NCBI GenBank assembly: GCA_012959605.1
Contig: DUCU01000100.1
Span: 7,147 to 71,146 of the forward strand
Direction: 5' to 3'
Length of the DNA: 64,000 nt
From: Dehalococcoidia bacterium
GTDB taxonomy: Bacteria > Chloroflexota > Dehalococcoidia > Lucifugimonadales > UBA3495
Below are positions 1 through 8,017 of this stretch, in pieces. A program made the position numbers and the translations under genes. Under the pieces are notes generated by a model, which saw nothing but the letters and a program-made list of their open reading frames with translations, was not told where the DNA came from and made no database searches. Every line of letters begins with the position of its first letter. Position 1 is the stretch's first letter.

Positions 1-1
1 A

Positions 2-1027
2 TCTGATGCGGTCACGGTCGAGAGTTGGGATGAGGCAACGGCCTTTTGCAGTCCGGAAACCCGGGCGAAGATCGTGCATGGCGTCTGTCTACAGGGCAAA
101 GGACATGACCTGAACGTCTCCGGTGCCTGCCGGACTGGCGTGCAGGAAATTGCCGTGGTCAGCAGCCACGGTACACGCGCCTACCATGCTGGGACGTTTG
201 CCGGGTTGATCATCAACACCATGAGCGACGACTCCGCTGGCTGGGCCAAGGGCGGCGGCTGGCGGCTGGCTGACATGGACACGGAGGCCCTGGGCCGGGA
301 AGCCGTAGGCAAGGCGGTGGACGGACGCAAACCGATGGCCATCGAACCGGGGCGTTATCCGGTGGTACTGGACACCTACGCCGTGGACGACATACTGGAG
401 GCCCTCAGCCTCTACGGTATGGGCGCACAGGCAGTACAGGAAGGCCGTAGTTGGATGAATGACATCATCGGCGACCGGGCCATGAGCCCCAACGTAACCA
501 TCTGGGATGACGGCTCCGCCACCCAGGGCTGGCCCGTGCCGTTTGACGCTGAAGGCATGCCCCGGCGGCGCGTGGATGTGATCACTGCAGGCGTAATTAA
601 CACACCGGTTCATAACTCCTACACGGCTGGAAAAGACGGCCTGGTATCCACCGGACACCAGGCCTACTTCACCGGAGCGCCCATCGCCAGCAATCTATTC
701 ATGCAGGAAGGTGACTCATCCCTCCAAGGCCTGATTGGTTCCACTGAACGAGGCATCTATATCACCCGGTTTTTCTACACTCGCCTGGCCCACTCTAAGG
801 GCTGCGTCATGACTGGAATGACCCGTGACGGCACGTTTATGATCGAAAACGGTCAAATCACCCACCCCGTAAAAGACCTCCGTTTCACCCAGTCTTATGT
901 GGACGCCCTGGCCGGTGTTGAACTCGTTGGACGCGAGTCTAAGCTGGTGCTGAACGAGGTTGGTTTCGCCACCAGAGTCCCAGCCCTAAAGCTAGCAAAC
1001 TTCAACTTCACCGGCGTAACCGTTTAG
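2..1027 (+). CDS. TldD/PmbA family metallopeptidase, C-terminal portion (5' end outside window)
   Basis: The frame of ORF 74..1027 stays open back to the window edge. TldD/PmbA-like C-terminal blocks are present (GRSWMND, PFDAEGMPRRRV, ERGIYITRFFYTR, MTRDGTFMIENGQI, VKDLRF). Confidence 0.8.
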   Translation, partial: SDAVTVESWDEATAFCSPETRAKIVHGVCLQGKGHDLNVSGACRTGVQEIAVVSSHGTRAYHAGTFAGLIINTMSDDSAGWAKGGGWRLADMDTEALGREAVGKAVDGRKPMAIEPGRYPVVLDTYAVDDILEALSLYGMGAQAVQEGRSWMNDIIGDRAMSPNVTIWDDGSATQGWPVPFDAEGMPRRRVDVITAGVINTPVHNSYTAGKDGLVSTGHQAYFTGAPIASNLFMQEGDSSLQGLIGSTERGIYITRFFYTRLAHSKGCVMTGMTRDGTFMIENGQITHPVKDLRFTQSYVDALAGVELVGRESKLVLNEVGFATRVPALKLANFNFTGVTV

Positions 1028-1216
1028 CAGTCTAAATATCTTCTTTTCCCTGAGGGTAGACAAGCGTGCTATATTACGAAACCACTAAATGATTCGCTAA
1101 ATCCTTTATAAATTCCTTTGATAATTGTCCATACATTATTATCAATAAAGCGTATTATGCCTCACTAAGCGTGAGGCACCGATATTCACCCCCAGACCAT
1201 TAAGGAGTGACAGGCC

Positions 1217-2299
1217 ATGAAAGCAGCTGTGTTGCATGAAGTGAACCAACCTTTGCAGATGGAAGAAGTAGACGTCGCCCTGCCCGGTCCCAGAGAAGTT
1301 TTGGTGCGTACTCGTGCCTCTGGCGTTTGTCACAGCGATCTGCATTTTGTGGAGGGTCTCTACGCCACGGTCTTCCCGGTGGTGTTGGGACATGAAGCCG
1401 CCGGCACGGTGGAGGCGGTGGGTAGCCAGGTGGACTATGTATCTCCCGGCGACCGGGTAATCTGCTGCCTATCGGTCTTCTGCGGCCAATGCGAACGCTG
1501 CACCACTGGGCGCCCAGTACTTTGCTCTCGCACCGGATTGGTGCGTGGCCCGGATGAAACGCCACGACTGAGCCAAAGCGGCGCGCCTGTTACGCAGTTT
1601 GCCAACCTCGGTGCCTACGCCGAGATGATGCTGGTCCACGAGAATTCGTTGGTGAAGATTGAGCAAGACATCGGCTTTGAGCAGATGGCCCTGATCGGCT
1701 GCGGCGCTACCACTGGACTGGGAGCAGCCATGAACACCGCCAAGGTGGAGCCGGGCAGCACTGTAGCGGTCATTGGCTGCGGTGGAGTAGGGCTGAATGC
1801 CATTCAGGGAGCTAGACTAGCCGGTGCATTGCGCATAATCGCCATCGACGGTGTGGAAGACAAACTGACGCTGGCCCGCGATTTCGGGGCCACGGACGTG
1901 ATTGACGCCTCCAGCGGCGACGTTGAATCCCGGGTAAAAGACCTGACCAATGGCGGAGTGGACTACTCATTTGAGGCCATCGGCAAGAAAGAAACGGCAG
2001 AGCAGGCCTTTGGGATTCTACGAGCCGGCGGTACCGCAACCATCATTGGCATGATTCCCCAAGGCGTCAAGATTGAACTGGACGGCTCGGCTTTCTTACG
2101 GGAACGGCGCATCCAGGGCAGCAGTATGGGGTCGAACCATTTCCGGGTGGATATGCCCCGCTACGTAGATTTCTATCTGCAAGGTCGGCTCAAGCTGGAC
2201 GAACTGGTAACCCGCCGACTCAAGCTTGATGACGTGAACGATGCCTTCAAGTACATGAAAGAAGGATCGGTTGCCCGCAGCGTCATGATGTTCGACTAG
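1217..2299 (+). CDS. Zn-dependent alcohol dehydrogenase family protein
   Basis: Zinc-ADH signatures GVCHSDLH and GHEAAGTVEAVG, a structural-zinc Cys cluster (CGQCERC) and the Rossmann motif VIGCGGVGL. AAGGAG RBS at 1202..1207. Confidence 0.9.
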   Translation: MKAAVLHEVNQPLQMEEVDVALPGPREVLVRTRASGVCHSDLHFVEGLYATVFPVVLGHEAAGTVEAVGSQVDYVSPGDRVICCLSVFCGQCERCTTGRPVLCSRTGLVRGPDETPRLSQSGAPVTQFANLGAYAEMMLVHENSLVKIEQDIGFEQMALIGCGATTGLGAAMNTAKVEPGSTVAVIGCGGVGLNAIQGARLAGALRIIAIDGVEDKLTLARDFGATDVIDASSGDVESRVKDLTNGGVDYSFEAIGKKETAEQAFGILRAGGTATIIGMIPQGVKIELDGSAFLRERRIQGSSMGSNHFRVDMPRYVDFYLQGRLKLDELVTRRLKLDDVNDAFKYMKEGSVARSVMMFD

Positions 2300-2312
2300 G
2301 CCGATCGGTGGT

Positions 2313-2768
2313 TTAGCCTGTCAGGTCTGACCGGTTGGGCATGGTCATCATGGTCATGAGCATGGTGGCCACCAGCTTTTCTTCGCCGCCGTCGTAGGCT
2401 AATACGTCCCCCTTGCAGACGGTCACAGTGGCCCCGGGACGTACCACTTCACCGCGCGCCAAAAACCGATCTCCCTTGGCTGGAGCCAGAAAGTTAACCT
2501 TATACTCCACGGTCAGGACTGTAGTGTCTGCAGAGTTAAGACTAAAAGCGGCATACCCGCAGGCACTGTCTAGTATGCTCGTGATGATTCCGCCGTGAAC
2601 AAAGCCGTGCTGTTGAGTGAAATCTGCCCGGAAAGGCATCTCAATCTCCACGACGCCAGGCTCAATACCACCCAACGCCGCACCCAGGGTCTGCATGGCC
2701 GTCTGGCGGCTAAAGCTGTCGCGGACCTTGGCGATGAAGTCCGGGTCTCTGGGCTCAAATTTTGTCAA
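2313..2768 (-). CDS. PaaI family thioesterase (hotdog fold)
   Basis: 151 aa with a PaaI-like core (QQHGFVHGGIITSILDSACGYAA). Confidence 0.8.
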   Translation of the reverse strand: MTKFEPRDPDFIAKVRDSFSRQTAMQTLGAALGGIEPGVVEIEMPFRADFTQQHGFVHGGIITSILDSACGYAAFSLNSADTTVLTVEYKVNFLAPAKGDRFLARGEVVRPGATVTVCKGDVLAYDGGEEKLVATMLMTMMTMPNRSDLTG

Positions 2769-2813
2769 TGATCAGACCCCACAGCGTTGAAATCATTCCT
2801 CTAGAAATACGGT

Positions 2814-3710
2814 CTAGAATTTGAGGTCTGTTGCGTCTTTGAAGCGGCGCATGGCTTCTATATGCTCGCCGGCCGTGGTGAGCCCCCCCTGACGGTTTTC
2901 TATCGACAGATAACCAGCGCCCAGTTCCTGCCAGGCCTTGGCTTCATCCATCCAGTCTTCCGGCTGTTTGCCACTGACGCGTAGTCTGCCGTCCAGGACT
3001 AGCTTGCTGGGGTCGCGGCCCATTTCGCGCATATACCCGTGGACTTTTTCCACATAGCCTTTGCCGGTCTCGTCCGGATTGAAGTTGGGGCACCAGCCGT
3101 CAGCCAGCCTTGCCACCCGCTTTAGCACTGGTTCAGAGATGGTCGGAGTCGCCGAGCTACCAGCACCCAAGAAGATGGGTATGGGCCGCTGGACCGGCAG
3201 CGGATTTAGGCCGGCGTGGCTGATGTTGTGCCACTTGCCGTGGAAATCGACTACATCCTGTGTCCAGAGTGCGCGCATGACCTCGATTTGTTCGGCGCTG
3301 CGTGCACCGCGGTTATGGAAATTCTCGCCCAGAGCCTCGTACTCCACGGTATTCCAACCAACGCCAATGCCTAGCCGAAGCCGCCCTCCGGAGAGCACAT
3401 CAACCTCGGCCGCCTGCTTGGCCACCAACACCGTTTGGCGTTGCGGAAGGATCAGAATGCCGGTGGCCAGACCAACCCGCTCTGTGACCGCTGAGAGGTA
3501 ACCCATCAGCGTCATAATCTCGTGCACCACTGATTTATGGTTGTAAGTGCGTAGGGCAGGGAAATCGTGGTAGGCCGGGTCTGCGCCCAGCACGTGGTCA
3601 GCAATGAAGATGTAGGCGTAGCCCATGTCTTCTGCAGCTTGTGCAAAGTCCTTGATCGCTGACGGGTCTGGTTCAATCTCAGTCTGGGGGAAGATTACTC
3701 CAACTTCCAA
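2814..3710 (-). CDS. LLM class (luciferase-like) oxidoreductase, probably F420-dependent subgroup
   Basis: 298 aa with LLM-like blocks (FIADHV, LGIGVGWNTVEYEALG). The cofactor assignment is inference from length and subgroup resemblance. Confidence 0.75.
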   Translation of the reverse strand: MEVGVIFPQTEIEPDPSAIKDFAQAAEDMGYAYIFIADHVLGADPAYHDFPALRTYNHKSVVHEIMTLMGYLSAVTERVGLATGILILPQRQTVLVAKQAAEVDVLSGGRLRLGIGVGWNTVEYEALGENFHNRGARSAEQIEVMRALWTQDVVDFHGKWHNISHAGLNPLPVQRPIPIFLGAGSSATPTISEPVLKRVARLADGWCPNFNPDETGKGYVEKVHGYMREMGRDPSKLVLDGRLRVSGKQPEDWMDEAKAWQELGAGYLSIENRQGGLTTAGEHIEAMRRFKDATDLKF

Positions 3711-3758
3711 TGTTCGCTCCTCAGTATTCCATTATCTTCATGGTCTGCGATGGCTTCA

Positions 3759-4043
3759 TCATCTACGCCTTAACAGCCAAAATATGGAGATTCCTAATCC
3801 GGCCATGACAATCAACACAACCAGCAAAGGCCGCCAGATTTCCACCAGGACAACGACGATGATGAACAACACCGCCAACACTCCGGACAGGACTACCAGC
3901 ACCACTAGCGAGCCCGCCATAATGGCAACCTTGACCTGTTCCAGGCGCGCCGCAAAGGTGCCGCTGGACCGGGCATATTCGCGCGCACCCAAAAGCCCAG
4001 TTCCAACCAGGATGATTGCAATCCAGATGCCTGCTTCGCCCAA
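3759..4043 (-). CDS. small integral membrane protein, function unknown
   Basis: 94 aa with about three hydrophobic helices. It lies in the same-strand series between the NHL and LLM genes. No family recognised. Confidence 0.45.
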   Translation of the reverse strand: MGEAGIWIAIILVGTGLLGAREYARSSGTFAARLEQVKVAIMAGSLVVLVVLSGVLAVLFIIVVVLVEIWRPLLVVLIVMAGLGISIFWLLRRR

Positions 4044-4089
4044 TCAGACCTTCTTTAGCCGCTAGATAGATATCGGCGAGGCGATTTGC

Positions 4090-4977
4090 TTACTGGCGGA
4101 TGTATTTGACCAAGCGGTGGCCTTCCACGTTTTGATTCACATAGAGATCGCCATGGGAGTCCATCCACACAGCGTGCGCTCCATTGCCCATACCGGCATC
4201 CAAGGGGCTATCCCAGGTGGCGATGATATCGCCTTCGATGCTTAGGATGCTCATAAAGCCGTCTAATTCCGGCACGTAAATAATATCGTCCTGGTCGATG
4301 TAGATGTCACAGGGCCGGGCCAAGCCGCCCCATTCTTCCAGATATTTGCCGTCGGCATCAAATATTTGGATCCGGTTATTTTCACGGTCGGCCACAAACA
4401 CCCGGCCATCGGTGTGTACCCAGACTCCGTGGGGGACGTGGAACTCTCCGGGTCCGGTCTTGCCCGGCTCACCCCAGGAGAAGAGTAGCTTGCCATCGGC
4501 GGTGAACTTGTGGACACGCGCATTCCCATAGCCATCGGAGATGTACAGGTCTCCCGCCGAGTCCAGAGCAATGTCGCTGGGTCGGTTGAAGGGGCCCGCC
4601 GCCTGTTTGACTGGGTCGCTGACGTTGCCTGACCAGCCAGTGTCAGAAGGCTTATCCCAGTCACCCATGGTCATCAACAGATTGCCATCAGGCCGGTATT
4701 TCAAGACAACGTGGCTGTTTTTAACCGGCATATAAAGATTGTCATCGGCATCTATGAACATGCCGTGGGCGTCGGGCAATGCGCCTTCTCCCCAGGAATT
4801 CAAGAAATTGCCGTCACGATCAAAGACCATCAGGGGATGATCGCCCCGATTGAACAGATAGACCCGGTCTTGGGAGTCAGTGACGATGGCGGTCTGACCC
4901 AAAACCCAACCCTCCGGTAATTTCTCCCATGTCTCTAACTGCTCGTAAACTCGGACGCCTGCTCCTACTCGAACCAT
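4090..4977 (-). CDS. NHL-repeat beta-propeller protein (peptidyl-alpha-hydroxyglycine alpha-amidating lyase-like)
   Basis: Repeated NHL-type units (DSAGDLYISDGYGN, DGRVFVADRENNRIQIFD, DDIIYVPE, HGDLYVNQ). Confidence 0.7.
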   Translation of the reverse strand: MVRVGAGVRVYEQLETWEKLPEGWVLGQTAIVTDSQDRVYLFNRGDHPLMVFDRDGNFLNSWGEGALPDAHGMFIDADDNLYMPVKNSHVVLKYRPDGNLLMTMGDWDKPSDTGWSGNVSDPVKQAAGPFNRPSDIALDSAGDLYISDGYGNARVHKFTADGKLLFSWGEPGKTGPGEFHVPHGVWVHTDGRVFVADRENNRIQIFDADGKYLEEWGGLARPCDIYIDQDDIIYVPELDGFMSILSIEGDIIATWDSPLDAGMGNGAHAVWMDSHGDLYVNQNVEGHRLVKYIRQ

Positions 4978-5030
4978 TGAAATCTCCTATGTTTAATCGG
5001 GAGCAAACCTGCTCTCCGCATGTTTTAGTC

Positions 5031-5600
5031 TTATTCGCCGGTGGTCAGAGCTTCAATAATCTGAAGATGCAGTTCAGCCGACCGCTCGGAAACGGCCTCC
5101 GCGTTGATGCCGCCCAAGGGGTGCGGGATGCCCAGAGGCTGAAACCCTTGGCGTCCAAACACCTTGGCGTGGCGATAGGCCGAATTCAAAAACGGATCAG
5201 TACAGATGACTATAGTTGGCACACCCCGGTTCTCTAGGGCCATCGCGTCGTGCACACTGCACGCGGTGCAAGAGCCTCAATCCGCGATGCAGGTGACAAC
5301 AAAGTCGCACTTGGTAACCAGGTCATCAATGATGTCATCGGCGGCTGGCCGGGAATAGACGTACTTGTCGACTTCAAACCCATCCCTAAGCTCATAGTCC
5401 TTGTACATCAGTTCTTTGACACCTTGCAACAAGAGGCTGGCATTGGCCTTGCGGTTGCCGAGAAATCCGCCAACCTTGCCGTGGATGGAGTCCAAACGCG
5501 GGGCTGGGCTCCACCGAGAATTGGCATTCGGGTCAATTGGTGAGAGCAAGCCCAGCTCGTTTAGCCTGGCTTTTATGTCTGCTCTTGGTGCGCTAACCAT
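5031..5600 (-). CDS. UGSC-motif selenoprotein (in-frame UGA at 5277..5279 read as Sec), 189 aa
   Basis: ORFs 5277..5600 and 5031..5255 share one frame, and the 7 codons between them are open. Read-through gives FVVTCIAD-U-GSCTACSVHDAMALENRG. AAGGAG RBS (5606..5611) lies 5 nt before ATG 5600, and the downstream half has no RBS of its own. Confidence 0.75.
5246..5265 (-). other. candidate bacterial SECIS hairpin
   Basis: Minus-strand CGCGUGCA-GUG-UGCACG(A)CG forms 8 bp with one bulged A and a GUG apical loop. It starts 11 nt after the UGA. Confidence 0.4.
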
Positions 5601-5653
5601 AAATTCTCCTTGGAAGTGGGGTGTTATCCGGCGATTTCATATTCGTTCAGGAA

Positions 5654-6709
5654 TTAAGGTTGCTCTATTTTGAGCGTGACACGGCGCGATCCCCAGCCAG
5701 GTAGGTATACCGAATGTGGGCCGCCGCGTCCTCCCGCCACCATGATGTGTATTCGGTCTGCGGCGCGTACCACTGGTATTGTCTGGTCTTCGTCATTGGC
5801 ATCCACAAATCGGGGCCAGAAGTGGCCACGGTCAGAGTCGCCTTGGGGCGGGCCACCGCGTCTCAATTCTCGTACGGTTTTTCTGGCGTGCTCAAAGAGG
5901 AATTGGCGAATGTCCTGCTTGCGCCAGCCACCATCGCTGAGGAAGCGAGCGTGCTCGGGGCCAATAACCACAAAAGTGTCACCCGAAACGTACATCTGAA
6001 CATTGCCAAGGGTGCACATAGTATCGGCCAAAACTTTCAAAAAGTTTCGCGGCTGATTGTCGTGATACATGATGTTGTGGGGGGCTTCAGCAGGGAAAAC
6101 AGTCACGGCGCTATCTGAAGCGACCAGGCCAGCATCGGTGTGCAGCGGTTCCCAGGGGTTTATTTCCTGGTCCTCAGCCACGCAGTAGGTGTACGCGCCC
6201 GGGTGACCAAATGTGGCTTTGTTGGTCTCGCCAGGAATCGCTCCGCCAAGGTTGACCAACACCAGTTTGACAGCGCGCCCAATGGTGGCGTTGGCCCGCC
6301 AACCGGCGCCGAAGCAGTTATATCCGCCGTTGATATCCAGTTCCTTGGTGATAGGGCCGCTGACGATCACTAACGGGGTGTGGATGCCAGTTGAACACAT
6401 CACACCGCGAAGATTGAACCGGTCGTCCATCATCGCTTGGATGGCTGTGATAATCACCGGCATGTACTCTGGCAAACAACCGGCCATCACCGAGTTGACG
6501 GCGATGCGTTCCACAGTCGCTTTTCCGCCCAGCGGGGGCAGTTCGGCGATGAGTTCGCCGCCGTCCCGTCCGGTGAAATCAACGAACTGCTTCACACGGG
6601 CTTCGGTCGGCGGTACCACTGGCAGACCATCGGTCCAGCCAGTCTCAAACATCAATTCAATGGCATTAGTCAGATCAACAGCGTCAGAGGAAACCATATT
6701 TGCTCTCAA
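5654..6709 (-). CDS. uncharacterised conserved-looking protein, partner of the UGSC selenoprotein
   Basis: 351-aa ORF ending 53 nt upstream of the selenoprotein start on the same strand. No family recognised. The start is uncertain (TTG 6709 or ATG 6697). Confidence 0.6.
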   Translation of the reverse strand: MRANMVSSDAVDLTNAIELMFETGWTDGLPVVPPTEARVKQFVDFTGRDGGELIAELPPLGGKATVERIAVNSVMAGCLPEYMPVIITAIQAMMDDRFNLRGVMCSTGIHTPLVIVSGPITKELDINGGYNCFGAGWRANATIGRAVKLVLVNLGGAIPGETNKATFGHPGAYTYCVAEDQEINPWEPLHTDAGLVASDSAVTVFPAEAPHNIMYHDNQPRNFLKVLADTMCTLGNVQMYVSGDTFVVIGPEHARFLSDGGWRKQDIRQFLFEHARKTVRELRRGGPPQGDSDRGHFWPRFVDANDEDQTIPVVRAADRIHIMVAGGRGGPHSVYLPGWGSRRVTLKIEQP

Positions 6710-6809
6710 AATTGCTTCGTGGGTACCCGGTACAGGATTGCTCGAAGTGTAATCTGGGGCTCAATCACTGTCAACGCGGGCACGGTTTGGCCAGCGGTCG
6801 AAGCTAAAA

Positions 6810-7151
6810 TTACGGGTGCGGTCCCCAGGGCGCTTCCAGCATCAATTTTACCTCTTGGGTCATAACCAAGGGCCGCAGTTTGCCCGCAAATGCCATGAAA
6901 GCATCGTCGGCAAACAACCTAGACCAGAAATCGCGCCGGTCAGCGTCGTCCTCAAATCGCCATAGGTGGACTAACTGGTTAATGGTTCCGACGTCGCTGG
7001 TGAAATAACCAACTAATTTAGAGTCGAAGCCTCCCTTCTGTAATGCAGGCCATCCAGCCTCGGAATAGTGTTTGATGGCTTCACCCATCTTGCCCACATA
7101 AAGCGTGTAGGTTCGCAGTTCAAATATTGCCATCGCCCCTCCAGTTTTCAC
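6810..7151 (-). CDS. NIPSNAP family protein
   Basis: 113 aa with a NIPSNAP-like pattern (IFELRTYTL ... INQLVHLWRFEDDADR). Confidence 0.8.
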   Translation of the reverse strand: MKTGGAMAIFELRTYTLYVGKMGEAIKHYSEAGWPALQKGGFDSKLVGYFTSDVGTINQLVHLWRFEDDADRRDFWSRLFADDAFMAFAGKLRPLVMTQEVKLMLEAPWGPHP

Positions 7152-7385
7152 ACGATTGGTTGATTAGACCGAATTCCAAGATTGTACCAGCGACAAGTGA
7201 TCCCTGAGTTGCGTAATTTTCCTGCTTCCACCTCCAGACTCTAAGCTAAAGCAAATAATTTCTTTGTTCCTATACTGCATTCCCAGCGTATAAGTTGATA
7301 AAGAATATTAACATATGATTATGACGCAAGAAGGATTCCGGAAACTACGCGACGAAACGTGAGTTAAATTGAAGGGGGAGGCACC

Positions 7386-7922
7386 ATGCCAGCCTTTAGC
7401 TACACATCGTAAATCGTCATAAACGACCCGGCACAGAAAATTTTCGACATCGTAAGTAATCCCGCCAATCACGCCGAATTGGCTGGAAGCAATGAACTCA
7501 AGAAGATCACCCAACAGCCGGCAAGCCCGGTTGGACTGGGCACCCACATCATGGCCGAAGAGACTGTCATGATGGCCTACGGCATCGACATGGACTTGAC
7601 TGGAGATTCCATCGTGGCCACATTGGGCGCACCGAATTCATTCTCATTTGTGGTCAATCCGGCCCTCCCGGAACAGGTCCGCAGGATTCAGTTGTGGTTC
7701 AATATGTCGCCGGAGGGCTACGGCACCAAGGTAAACCACGAGGTGGAAGTCGACTGGGGAGAACTCACCCACGAGATGCTTGTTGGTCTGCGCGACAATT
7801 ACGAGCAGGTCCGCGCCGGTGTTGTTCGCACCGGTATGGACCAGACTCTAATCAACCTGAAAGGTAGAGCTGAGAGCAGCGGTGGCATGTTTGGATGGCT
7901 GAAAAAGCTATTCGGAGGCTAA
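7386..7922 (+). pseudogene. SRPBCC-like (START/Bet v1 fold) gene with premature TAA at codon 9
   Basis: GGGGGAGG RBS (7374..7381) and ATG 7386 open MPAFSYTS, then TAA at 7410..7412. The same frame continues IVINDPAQKIFDIVSNPANH into ORF 7479..7922. The family call is tentative. Confidence 0.55.
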
Positions 7923-7947
7923 CCAATTTCACAACAGAAGAGAAAAA

Positions 7948-7979
7948 GCCGGTGGGGAAATTCTCCACCGGCTTTTTTA
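7948..7979. terminator. bidirectional intrinsic terminator between convergent genes
   Basis: GCCGGTGG-N9-CCACCGGC stem followed by TTTTTT and preceded by AAAAA. Confidence 0.6.
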
Positions 7980-8017
7980 TTGCTCTTAAGAAGCTGTTGC
8001 AAAATTATTTCCTGGGC

